Below are positions 23,705 through 36,040 of a stretch of DNA of 64,000 bases, piece by piece. The notes beneath the pieces were generated by a model. That model was not told where the DNA came from, made no database searches, and worked only from the letters and a program-made list of their open reading frames with translations. The stretch lies in assembly GCF_009914755.1 (NCBI RefSeq), contig NC_060944.1. One strand, given 5' to 3'. Source of the DNA: the human T2T-CHM13v2.0 reference genome, Homo sapiens. A program made the position numbers and the translations under genes. Within the stretch, counting starts at the first letter, position 1; each line of letters opens with the position of its first letter.

Positions 23705-25109
23705 TTATTATAAGATAAAATCTATATTGATCATGTCAACAGACCTAGGTTCTGCCTGGGGCGCAGTAGGAAATCACAAGTTGCAATTGAGGCCTTGCAT
23801 ACCATCCAAGAGGCTCCTGAGAATTTTCCCCTGCACATGGGAAGTCATTGCTTGACCTTTTCCCTGTGGGGGATCCTGCAAGGCAGTTCCCTGCAGCCAC
23901 GGGCAGGGCCCGGGGAGGGCAGGCTGCTGCAGCCTCAGCAGCCCACCCTTCCAGCAGCTGAGGAGGGTACATTGGCTGGGAAGAGGGGTCTTGGTACAGC
24001 TCCTACAGAATCCCACATGGAACTACATGCAGCATAGATGCCAAATACATAGTGAACAGAGGAGTGAACAGCGAGCAAGAAACCCAGCACTCTGTGGTGT
24101 GTCTCATATGGTAATTACAAGCCACATGGTAATTTACGATTCCTTCCCTTCAGAGCTACATTTTCTTCAAGTCCCTTCCACGTCCCCTCCCTCCACTCTA
24201 ACAGCCTCTTCCCTGTGAAAAGCAGTGGCATTGGAGAGACAGAAAGAATAGGCCCATAAAGACAACCCTCTCATTCAGAGACATCAGCCCTCAGAGGTCC
24301 CACCTAGCCACTGGATCTTCTTCATGAAGCCTCTTGCTCACCTAGAAAACCCCAGCAAAATGTGGGCTCTCCAGACTTCTGCCACAGAGAAGACCCTTCT
24401 AAAATGCTGATATTCCTAGATGTGATACAGATCAAGTCACTAAAGTCCTAAATTTCAAATCAAGGAAAGAAGGGGGAAGGTGATGCCAGAAACAGAACAG
24501 GCAAAGAGCAGAGCAGGTGCTCTGCCAGCAGGCACCAGTCAAAGGTCCAGCAGTAAAAGGTGTACAGGTGTCACCAAGAGCCTCAGTCACCACAGCAGGG
24601 CAGAGGCAGTGGGCTGCACCCACCTAGTTGGCTGGTGTAGACCACCCTGGCTCCCTTCGAGTCTCCCCAGCCCCAGAACACCCCTCAACTATCTGTAGAC
24701 TCCTCTGTGTAGTCAAGACTTCTTGGCAGAAATCCAGGGCTATCCTAGAAGCATCTTAGAAACTGCTGTGACCTGGAGGGGTTAAATGCCTTGACCAAGG
24801 CCACAGCTAGTTAATGGCCAAGCTGGGACTAACATCCAGTCATCCAGTGTCCGAGAGAGTGTTCCCTCCAAACACTGCATCACTTAGCCTCACGCAGTCC
24901 TAAAAAGTGGAGGTGAATGAGTTGCCCAAGCGAAGCGGGCACGGCTCACCTCTCAGTCACAGAGGAAAAGCAGCCAGCTCAAAGCTGCACTGTCAACTCA
25001 TACCAAAGCTGGTCACCCCAGTGACAGTGCAGGGCTGAGAAGGACAGAAAAACCAAGATGGATGCTGCAGGTGCAAAATCGGATTTTTTAAAAAAGGGAA
25101 TATAACTGA

Positions 25110-25482
<373 letters not shown>

Positions 25483-26875
25483 TGGAATTTGTATGTTTTT
25501 AAATGTCATTGGATGAATATCTGTGAATGTGATTGCTACTGAAAACAAACAAAAAAAGGAATGGCCATTGTCAAGATAAATGGCATATTAAATGTGGAAG
25601 CAGAGGCTCGGGCTCTGATTTGAAAGTCTGTGCATGACTCAGCTTGGGCTTGTGATGGCTTCTGATTCCAGGCTCAGAGAGTGAGCACACTGCACTGTTT
25701 AAGAAATAAACACAGGGGTAGCCCAGGGGTGCCAAAGGTCATAGGCCAGGCACGCAGGACTTGTGCTGAGATGGCAACCTGGACTGGAAGACAACCTGCT
25801 GGGCCTCCCTGCCAGCGTGGTGGGTGCAGCTGACATCAGCAGCAGGTGTCTGACATGGGGGCCCAGGAAGCAGAGCTGAGGAGGTGCTGTCCCAACGGCA
25901 AGACCCACAAAGGCCACACACATTATTATAATACAAAGCACTGTGTGCAGCCTAAAATATGGAGACAGGAGGGGTGCACACAGAGGGTATGAAATGCTCC
26001 CAGAGTGAGGTAAGACGCAGGCAGGGAGAACGTGACAGGCTCAGGGGAGGGTTGTCAGATGGCGAACAAGGAAAGCACATCTCAGCAGAGGCATGAACCA
26101 GGTGCATGTGCCCACTGGCTCCAGTGCTACTGGGGGCTTCGTATGTGACAGTGATGATGAAGGCTTATCAGCCTGCAGAGACAGCAGTCCCTGCCACTGC
26201 ATATCAGAGCCCAGTGAGGACAGTAGGGTCAAGGCATATTCCCCACACACGAAGGCTTTCACAGCAGCTCCCCAGAATTCTAAAAGGCATCTCGGCATCT
26301 CCGGGGATGGGAGACAGCCTGCTGTCCCTGCCCTTCAGCTCCCTAGTGTGAGTGATGGGGACACTGCCACCACCCTAGCTGCTCACACTTGGAGAAATAA
26401 ATTGAGTTGTCGGCGTGATGTTGACCAGGACAGAATGGCATCCTGCGGTATCAATGTGGTTTATTTGTTGTTGTTAACATTAATACAATTGAAATTTTGG
26501 ACATTGTGATAAACTATGAAAAAACAGGGTGAAAACATCAGAAGCAATTACACTCAAGAGTTTAGCCTGATTCTTTCCAGTCCTGTTTTCTAAACATTAT
26601 TCTCTATATAGGTAAGATTAAATTTTAAAGTCTGCCTTTTTGTAATCAATACCATGAGCATTTTCCATGTAATTAGCACTGCCTTATAAGCATAATTGTC
26701 TGTGATTACCAGATATCTCACCATATGGACACAACATGATTATTTAACTATTCACAAATAAATTTTAAGGCATTTAGATTGCCCCCCAAATTTTCATTCT
26801 AGTAAATAACACTACATATTTTTTCAGTTTTGTGCTTAAATCTTTATTCTTGTTTCTTAAGAAATAAGCTCTTCT

Positions 26876-27140
26876 GGCCAGGTGCAATGGCTCATGCCTG
26901 TAATTCCAGCACTTTGGAAGGCCAAGGTGGGCAGATCACTTGAGGTCAGGAGTTCGAGACTAGCCTGGTCAACATGGTAAAACCCCATCTCTACAAAAAA
27001 CACAAAAAATAGCTGGGGGTCATGGGGAGTGCCTATAATCCCAGCTACTCAGGAGGTTGTGGCAGGAGAATCTGGGAGGCAGAGTTTGCAGAGAGCCAAG
27101 ATCATGCCACTGGCAGCCTGGGTGACAGTGAGAAAAAAAA
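26876..27140 (+). mobile_element. Alu (AluS/J-like) whose tail runs into a GA/GGAA microsatellite
   Basis: ggccaggtgcaatggctcatgcctgtaattccagc... with small deletions in the right arm. Confidence 0.9.
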
Positions 27141-27347
27141 GAAGGAAAGAAAGAGAGAAAGAGAGAGACATTGAGAGCGAGAGAGAGAGAGAGAGGAAGG
27201 GAGGAAGGGAGGGAGAAAAAGAAAAGAAAGTGAGAGAGGGAGAAAAAAGGAAGAAGGAAGGAGGGAAGGAAATGAAGGAAGAAGGGAGGGAGGGAAAGAA
27301 GGAAGGAAGGAAGGAAGGAAGGAAGGAAGGAAGGAAGGAAGGAAGGA
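27132..27347 (+). repeat. (GA)n/(GGAA)n microsatellite, 11 perfect GGAA at 27301-27344
   Basis: Counted from sequence. Confidence 0.92.
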
Positions 27348-28088
27348 GCTTTTCTTCAAATAATTAAAGCGTTAGATTTCATGGTTATCTAGTGGCCCCA
27401 GTGTGGGAAGACCTTGTAAACAAATGTGTTTTGTTTTACTATGTAATTGTTTTTCTATGAAATTGACTGGAAGGAGGAGATTTCAGATGAGAACAATAGG
27501 ACTAATATGTCACCCATAATACAGCAAAACTTGTGGAAGCTCACTGGACACAAAAACACAGGAGTCCTAGGGGTGCTTCTGCAGGTAGCATGGGATGGAT
27601 CCACACATCTCTAGAGGCACCAAACTAGCAACCCGATAGCATTTCACAGGCACAAAACAGCCACCACCCACGTGTCAGGGAGATGGCGCACATGGAGGGC
27701 GCATGGGCAGGTGCCTGCCAGCCTGCATGCACACAACTGTTCACTCCAAAGTGTCCATTCATTTTGGTTGCTAAGAATTGCTCTTCGTCCCCGGTGGGTG
27801 TTTAAAAAGAAAGATCTGCCCTTCCTGTCCTAGCTCTTACAATCTTAAACCTCCTCATTTGTTCCCAGGAACTTTTGCTTAGAGAATGATATTGATGACA
27901 GTAGTTTCTATTCATGAGCACTTACTACAATCCAAGAGTTAGAAGCTGTTACTCACTAGCTATGTGATCTTGGATAAAGTTCACCTTCCTGAACCTTAAT
28001 TCCTCATTTTTAAAGTAGCATTAATGGTTTCACACGCAGACATGTTTAGGAGAACTTACTATGAAATACATTTTGGAAAAAGATGATG

Positions 28089-28128
28089 ATGGATGGATGG
28101 ATTGATGGATGGATGGATGGATGGATGG
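28089..28128 (+). repeat. (GGAT)n microsatellite
   Basis: Seen directly in sequence. Confidence 0.85.
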
Positions 28129-29766
28129 AGAGTTGGGTAGATACATAAATATAGCAAAATGATAATGGTACACCAAAGTGGTGAGTATATGAGTGTTGAC
28201 TGTAGTTTCTTTTAACTTTTCCCTATGTTAACATAAAACATTGCTGAGGAAAACAGTATTGATAATGGTACCTACTACATGGTGTTGTGCAATGGAAGAA
28301 ATGAGATGAGGCAAGTAAAGTGTTGTCCGTATGGTGTTTGACATAAAGCTGTAAGTCAGTGTGTTATTGTTGTTAGTATTTGTCGCAACCAGCAAAATAG
28401 GTATTATAACTCTATTTTAGGGAGAAAAATAAAACTAGATACTCAGATAAAATAGTAACAGGACGTAAACTAGTTAACATACGTGCTAGACTTGAGCTGG
28501 GCCGGCCTATACCAAAGCTGTGCCCTGCCCACCTCGCCACCAGGCAGCCAAGGATGGAGCACGGAGTGTGCAGCAGGGTGTGCAGACTCACAGCTCCTGG
28601 TCTCTCACCTTGTCCCATGCCACGCCCTGATGTTTTTAAAGTCAACTTTTTATTTTAGAATGGTTTTAGGTTGACAAAAAATTTACTAAGACAGTACACA
28701 GAGTTCCCATGTATCCCTTAACTGGTTTCTCCTTTCCCTAACATCTTATGGTGTGACACATTTGTCACAATTAATGAGCCACTGCTAACACATTATCAGA
28801 AACTACACTCCATGGACTATGTAGGCTCTATGGTTAAACAAAAAACAAAAAGAACCATAGTCCATAATAGATTCCTTCAAGATTTACCTAATGTCCTTTT
28901 TCTGTTCCAAGGTCCCATCCAAGAAACCATATGGCATTTAGTAGTTGTGCCTCCTTAAGTTCCTCTTGGCTGTGACAGTTTCTCAAATAAGTTTCCTTGT
29001 TTTTGATGGCCTTGACAATTTTGCAGAGCACTGATCGGGTACATCGTGGGAGGCCCCACTGTTGAGATTGGTCTGATGTCTTTATTAGACTGAGGTTATA
29101 GACTTGGGGTCACATCAGGGGCACCTGCTATCAGTGTGGCTTGTTGCTGTTGATGTCAAGCTTGCACCTGGAGAGAGAGGGATTGTCAGGGCCTCCACAG
29201 CAGAGTCACTCTTTCCCCCTTCCCATGCTGTACTCTGTCATAGGAAGTCACCGCACAGCCCACACTCGAAGGGTAGGGTGGAAAATACTTTATCACCTTA
29301 AGGGCAGAGCACTTAGATAAATGTTTTGGAACTTGTCTGTGTGGGAGATTTGTCTACCCTCCTCCATTAATTGGTTCATCCATTTATTTATGTCAGTATG
29401 GACCCTTGGATATTTATGTTATACTTTGGTGTCTAATCCAAAACTACATAATTTATTTGCTGCTTTGACCCTTGGGAGCTCTTTCAGATTGGTTTCTGTG
29501 TCCACTTGACATCCTTTTGTTTTTTGAAGCACTTTCTTACATTTTTGCACCGCAAGATGCTGCTTCAGGTTCATCTTGTATGCTTCCTGTCCACGTCCCA
29601 GAATCAGCTATTTTCCTATGGAGCCCTGGTTCTTTCATTAGAGAATAGGGTTCGAAACCAAGATCTGGGCACTGGGTGTGCTTGTGGCTTCTGGGGTGTC
29701 ATTGATTCTAGGCTCTCTCAGTGACAAAGCTAGGAAATAAATGTATGTATCCTCATGCCATTACTG

Positions 29767-29822
29767 TTAGGTTAGTTGCATTTTAATGGCAAAAACTGCA
29801 ATTACTTTTGCACGAATGTAAT
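29767..29822. mobile_element. MADE1 (Mariner MITE), partial
   Basis: ttaatggcaaaaactgcaattacttttgcac matches one MADE1 arm. The other arm is mostly deleted. Confidence 0.75.
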
Positions 29823-30120
29823 TAGTTCTATATAGAGAGTATTTCTACTTGTTTAAATATGTAGAAATATTTCTATATGCATAATTATTTATGTACATAT
29901 ATATATATCCATCTGTATCTGTATTAAGCTAAATGTGAGTTCATACTGGTGCCTCCAACTCTAACTCATTGTCACACATCACTGCAGCCTTCTTCCCTTA
30001 CTTCTCTGTAACCTCCTACTCCAACAATGAGAAACCTGGCTCCAACCATCCACTATCCACTTACTTAATTGTTCATTTCCAGTATAAGTGTATAGTGTCA
30101 GAACTGTCAACCTGTATCTT

Positions 30121-30336
30121 CATGAGAAGTAACTTTATCAGCTAGAGTGCCGTGTTCATGAGAAGTAACTTTATCAGCTAGAGTGCCATGTTCATGAGCA
30201 GTAACTTTATCAGCTAGAGTGCCGTGTTCATGAGAAGTAACTTTATCAGCTAGAGTGCCGTGTTCATGAGAAGTAACTTTATCAGCTAGAGTGCCGTGTT
30301 CATGAGAAGTAACTTTATCAGCTAGAGTGCTGTGCT
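30121..30336 (+). repeat. 36-bp VNTR, 6 copies (catgagaagtaactttatcagctagagtgccgtgtt)
   Basis: Six near-identical tandem units counted. Confidence 0.97.
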
Positions 30337-31119
30337 TATGTGTAGTTCTTTCTGCCATTAGTCCTGCAGTCTCCACTCGTTTCCAGGGTTACTTTGGTCA
30401 ACACCCTCCTCACCCCCTTCAGTGAGGTTGTTTCATAAATTTGTAATACAGTTAGATTAATCCATCATAATCTGCATTCCCTCCTGGCATCCCCTGACTT
30501 CCTAATCAATTTTTTAAATTTGAATACAATAAGATTTTGTCTTTGTGTTGTAAAGTTCTGTGTGTTTTGACAAATGCGCAGTGCCACATATTTACCATGA
30601 CAGTGTCATACAGAATAGTTTCAGAGATGCTCTAAGAAGAAATACAGCTTTGTGGAAAGAGCCTTTAAATATGTGATTTCCAACCACTTATGTGATGCTG
30701 AGTTCTCCTTCTTGCCCCATAACTTGGCCCCAGATTTCTCAATAGAAAAACAGACACATCATCAAAAAGAGAAAACTGAGCCTTAGCAATAATTAGCTTG
30801 CAGCTTCATATATTTTGAAATGCAAGAAGTAGACTTTCTATGCCAAAGAAGAAAAAGAGAATCATCTAGACTAGCTACACGCAAACACCCACACTTTATT
30901 CCCAGGGAACTTGGGAGAAAAATCAATGGATTCCAGGATATGACAGCTTCCAAACACACTTTGATTTAGGTGCATGATTATGAGCAAATTGGTCTGCTCT
31001 ATGGAGTCTCCATGTGCTCATCCATGAAGCAAGGCTGTTGTGAATCTTCAGCCCTCTATTGCTGACATAGATGATGAGGCAGAGGTTAATTAAAATGACA
31101 GTTAAAACATTATGTTCAC

Positions 31120-31669
31120 TGTGGTAAATTTTACCTCCCAAAGATGGCCACAGCATTTCCTAGCACACATGCTCTTCTGCAATGTGGCCTTGCCCCTTCT
31201 CCATTAAGGCATATAATTTCATTCACCTCTTGACTTAGTGCTTTGCATAGCACTGGGATGCACTTAGTGCCTTGCTTGTTACAGTGGAGTGCAGGAAGAG
31301 GGCTCTGTGTGACCTCAGAAGCCAGGAATCATTGAGGCCTTGTTGCTTCTGCCTCACTCACTGGGACACTTGCTCTTGGAGTCCTGAGCTGCAATGTAAG
31401 AAATCTTCCTCCCTGAGACCTCCATGCTGTGGGGAAGCCCAAGTCACATGGAAAGGCCACTTGTAGGTGTTCTGGTCAACAGGCTTAGTCTCTTAGTTAT
31501 CTCAGCCCAGGAACCAGCTATCTGAGAGAAGTTACATTGGACCTCCAGAACAGCCCATTCTCCAGCTGAGTGCTCCCTGAATTCTTGACTCCAGAATTCA
31601 TAAGCACCCAGTGGTGGTTGTCTTAAGCCACTGGGGTACTTAGCCACAGAACAATAGATCACCAGAACA
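31120..31669 (+). mobile_element. MaLR LTR (MLT1-type)
   Basis: tgtggt...aaagatggcc...gagctgcaatgtaagaa...aatagatcaccagaaca. Confidence 0.75.
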
Positions 31670-31674
31670 CTCAC

Positions 31675-31880
31675 TACTGTGTCCTAGGTACTGTTCTGAA
31701 GACTGGTGTATATTAACACCCTAGTACTTTCAAAGACCCCATGACACAGTAACTCATTATCTTCAGCTTACAGATGAGGAAATTGAAGCACAGAGAAGGA
31801 AACTTGTAGAAAGTCACACTACAGTGAAGCAATGGGTTTGAAACCGGTCAGTCTGACCCTGGAAAAATGCTCTTACATTA
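31675..31880 (-). mobile_element. MIR
   Basis: Core ttacagatgaggaaattgaagcacagagaagg. Confidence 0.75.
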
Positions 31881-33114
31881 GCAAAAATGCTTGAGAGGCA
31901 GTTTGGGAAGGAACTGTTAGAGAAATTAAAGTTACCAAGCGTGCCTCCTGGGATCCATCTGCAGCCAAATGAATGATGTGGCGGTGCACTGCTCTCTCCT
32001 GGTGGTGAAGTGAGCCTCCTGTTGGAATGAGGAAGCCAAACTGTCCTTAAGGATCTTGCCACATTCCAGGCAAAACACCCATGTTAATTACTTTTTTCAT
32101 AATTATTTCAATGGGAAGCATCTGCACCCAGTTGGGCCTAGATAATCTGAGTAGGAACACAGCTCGTTTACCCACAACTCGAGATGAGCAGACCAAATAG
32201 CTGGTTTTCCAACCATTAGACGAGAGCCCACGCTGCCGGATAGGATGCTGATGGCTGCATTGGTGCCACAGCTGTGGCTGTGGCTCTCACTGAAACAGCT
32301 CAGCAAGGAAAACTGGCACAGGGCTCCAGAGAAAAGAGGGAGAGAGGACAACGGAGAGTGAAAGAGGGAAGTGAGGGGGGAAGACTGCCTCGGTGTGTGC
32401 AGTGAGCTCTCAGCTTTGAGCCCTCTGGGCGAATCCACTGTCTGGACCAGCAGATGATCCTGCTGTCCCCTCACCTCACCAGCTGCAGGTCTGCACCCAG
32501 GCTATACCTGGGCTGAGAGAGGTGGAGGCTGGGCTAGGGGGAGACTCATACTACCAGTATATGTGGCTACCATCTGATTAATCTTGTATTCACAGGCTGA
32601 AAATGCTCAGCAAATCATTTGATATCATCTCAACAGTCCTAGGAACCAAAATATTCAAATCTTGGTTCTCTCCTCCCTAACACAGTGGGCTCTAGAGAGA
32701 ACACCTGGTGCTGGCCAGCTACAACAATGGTTTGCAGGAGTCAAGGCACCCTTCTCGCCTGGATAGAAGCCAAGCTTGTGCTTCCCGTGGGAATGTGATC
32801 ATGTAACCTTGTCCCACACAGAGCCACCTCCATCCACCTGGAGAGAGGAGAGCTGGAGCATGCACTTGCCCAGGAAGCCCCCAGTTCACATCTGAGCCCC
32901 TCTTCAGTCAGATTTTATGTCAGGGTAGAGACCTGCCCTTTCAAGTCCAGCATCTCATTTTGAAGCCCCACATGCAGCTCTGAGGAAACCATGCATGTTC
33001 CTCCAATGCCTAGAGGACTGTGGACAGACCAGGGAACATGCACACATTACAGTAAGCAACACTGCCTATACACATCAGTGATTTCCCAGTGACTGCTCCA
33101 GGGGGCTAGGCGAC

Positions 33115-33852
33115 TGCTATGGCTTAGGTGTTTGTCACCTCCAAACCTCATGTTAAAATTTGATCTCCAGTGTGGCAATATTGGGAGATGGGGCCTGGTG
33201 GAAAGCCTTTGGGTCAAGGGGGCAGATCTCTCACGAGTAGATGAATTCCGTCCCTTGGGTGTGAGGGAGCTCTGTCTCTATTAGCTCCTTCGACAGCTGC
33301 CTGTTAGAAAGAGCCTGGCACACCCCACTTCCTCTCTCACCACATGATCTCTGTGCATGCATACCGCTTTCAAGTCTCTCCTTCTACTTTTTGCAGTGAG
33401 TCGAAGCAGCCCGAGGTCCTCACCATATGCAGATGCTCAGTATTTTTTTTTTTTTGAGATCCACTCTCACTCTGTCACCGAGGCTGGAGTACAGTGGCGT
33501 GATGTCGGCTCTCTACAATGTCCGCCTCCTGAGTTCAAGTGATTCTCCTGCCTCAGCCTCCTGAGTAGCTGGGACTACAGGTGTGCACCAACACTCCCAG
33601 CTAATTTTTGCATGTTTAGTAGAGTGGAGTTTCACCATGTTGGCCAGGCTGGTCTCGAACTTCTGACCTCAGGTGATCCACCCACCTCAGCCTCCCAGAG
33701 TGCTGAGATTACAGGCATGAGCCACCAAGCCCGGCTGATGCTCAGTCTTGAATTTTCCAGCCTACATAGTTATGAGCCAAATAAACCTGTTTTCTTGATA
33801 AACTATTCAGCCTCAGGTATTCTGTGATAGCAACACAAAATGGGCTAAGACA
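33115..33852 (+). mobile_element. MST-type MaLR solo LTR interrupted by an Alu
   Basis: tgctatgg...gctaagaca termini. Perfect 5-bp TSD gcgac (33110-33114, 33853-33857). Confidence 0.9.
33443..33736 (-). mobile_element. Alu (AluS-like) inside the MST LTR
   Basis: TSD gatgctcagt (33432-33441, 33737-33746). Confidence 0.93.
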
Positions 33853-34634
33853 GCGACCCTCACGTAGTCTTTTGAATCTTTTTCTCTCGAGTTCAATACA
33901 AGAGAATTTCCTGTCTTTCCTTTGGAATTCATTCCAAACAAGCACATTCTTGTTAGCTTGCACCTGACAGTCAGCACTTCATTAGAAGGTCTAAGTAAAG
34001 AAGTCAATATAGATATACTTTTAATTTTGCATCTTGCTCCCAACCAGGGAACCGAGGGAACTAAACAGTGGAGAACCATATGAACACACAGGCAGGGCAG
34101 GGTACATGGCAGCACTTTCTCAGTGGCTTGAAACCTGTTTCCCTGGAGCTGACACAGGGCAGTGCATGCGGCAGAATCGGGGGAATCTGCTTTGGGTACA
34201 TATGCCATCAAGTCACGCTTCAGAGGCAAGTTTCTTCTCAGTAGGAAAAGGAAATGTGGTATTATACGAACATCCTCTTTGAGCCAAACACTTTCTTTGG
34301 GAAGGGGAATGGTGGATATCCCAAAGTGCGGCACAGGGGATGGGGGCTCACAGGCATCCATGGAAAAGGAGAGGCACTTGTCAATTTCGTGTGGAAATAT
34401 CAGGATAGCCCTGAAACAGCAGCTTTCAAGGAACCAGATGGAGCAGGTGACACCATGACACATTTCAGAGAATAATCCCAGTTAAGAAGGCCCAGCAAGC
34501 TGGAACCTGTTTTCCAAAGGAAAGTGCCCTTTTTCATTTGAGATAAAAAGCTCAGGAAATGGGTGGATTTTTTTTCCAGCAACTAGATACACGCAAGGGA
34601 GTATTGTGAAAAGTTGGGGACAGACTGAGCAGCA

Positions 34635-35011
34635 CATCAGTCAGACTGAGCTGCTGTCACAAGTTACTGTGGACTAGGTGGTTTAAGCAGTGGCCATCTG
34701 TTTCTCACAATTCTAGAGGCTGGGCATCTGAGATCAGGGTACTAGCACGGTCAGGTTCTGGGGAGGGCTCTCTTCCAGGCTGCAGATGGCCACCTTCTCC
34801 CTGTGTCCTCACTAGTTTGCAGAGAGAGAACTCCTGTGTCTTCTGTTCTTAGAAGGGTACTCATCCCATCCTGAGGGTTTCAGCCTCATGACCTCATCCA
34901 AACCCAGTCACCTCCCAATGGCTCCACCTTCTAATACCATCTCATTGGAATTAGGGCTTCAATATATGAAGTTGGGGGGTGGGGTGGTACACATACATGC
35001 AGTCCATAGCA
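34635..35011 (-). mobile_element. MaLR LTR (MLT1A/MSTD-like)
   Basis: ttctcacaattctagaggctggg...ctcatgacctcatcc...cagtccatagca. Confidence 0.78.
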
Positions 35012-35754
35012 GTTTGGCTCGCAGACATGCCTCTGGGCAATGAAGAAGCAAACTCAGCTTCACTGAAGCCCCTCTCTTGAAGTGGGCACTTTTCCTTTTA
35101 AGACAGGAGGTTTGTGGAGGTTTATGATCTGCTGCCATTGCCCTGCAGGGTGTGTCCTGGTGTCACCAAGGATCTGAGGACATACAAAGCATGTGGCACC
35201 TTCCCAGTGTGTCCACTCTGACTACTGAATCTTCATTTCACTTGACTATAGAGTAAGTTCTGAGGCCTGACTTCCTTTGTCTCACTGTATCATCACACAT
35301 TTCGGGTTAGTTCAGGCCAGGAATTCTTGCAGCAGGCAAATAAAAATCTGAAGGAGTGGAACTAGGAGTGCACACCCCTGGTTTCCAGTGTCCAGTCTGA
35401 AAGCAGGGAGGTTCCCCAGGGAGAGGCCAGCAGGGCCAGCAGGGAGCCCAGCACCAGACTGACAAGGGCTGCCTCCCTGCTTCAGAGGCAAACAGTTTTT
35501 GGAAGTTGCTAAGCAACCCATCTTCTTAGAAGGAGCCAAGTGTTAGAAACGAGTGCCCAAGCCAAGTGCAGCAACACAGAGGCCAAGCCACAGCAGCCAG
35601 ATTCCATTTCAGCAGTCAGCATTGGGATGCTAACAGCTGGTGGAGGCCGGCGTCTGCAGAGGACACTATTGCTATATTCATGTTACCAGCATGCTGCTTG
35701 AATTTCTGTTGGAAAAGGTACTGATTCTTATTATTCAGTTATATCTTGGATATA

Positions 35755-36040
35755 TCCTTCATTCATGTCATCCAGGTGCAAGGTGCGATGTTAAGTGTTG
35801 AAAAAAGGTGAGCAAAAAGGTGACCTATGCTCCCTTGGGGATTATGGTCTAGTGGGGAAATGAACATTCACTTAGTAAGTGTCATGAATGCAAAGTTCTG
35901 TGAAAGCATGGTGCAGGGAAGCATGACCTGAACCAGGGGCCAAGGAAGCCTCCCCCAGGGACTGGATGCTTGTGTGAGATCAGGAGACATCCTGTTGAGG
36001 AGATGGGCAGGGTGCCCTACAGCTGAAGGGGAGCCACCTG
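35755..36040. mobile_element. L2 fragment
   Basis: ttcattcat...ttatggtctagtgggga...ggggccaaggaagcctccc. Confidence 0.5.

Larger units (their letters stand above)
28630..30622 (-). mobile_element. L1MC/L1MD-type 3' end, antisense
   Basis: tttttattttagaatggttttaggttgac...cacagagttcccat...ctaatgtcctttttctgttcca...gtcatacagaatagtttca. Confidence 0.8.

Noticed and set aside
30121-30336. 36-bp direct repeats resembling a CRISPR array, and the HEHGTLADKVTS ORF
   Set aside because: Units are head-to-tail with no unique spacers, there are no cas genes, and the context is a primate intron. It is a VNTR.
33813-34463. 216-aa minus-strand ORF
   Set aside because: No recognisable family, runs into an MST LTR, and has no supporting gene structure.
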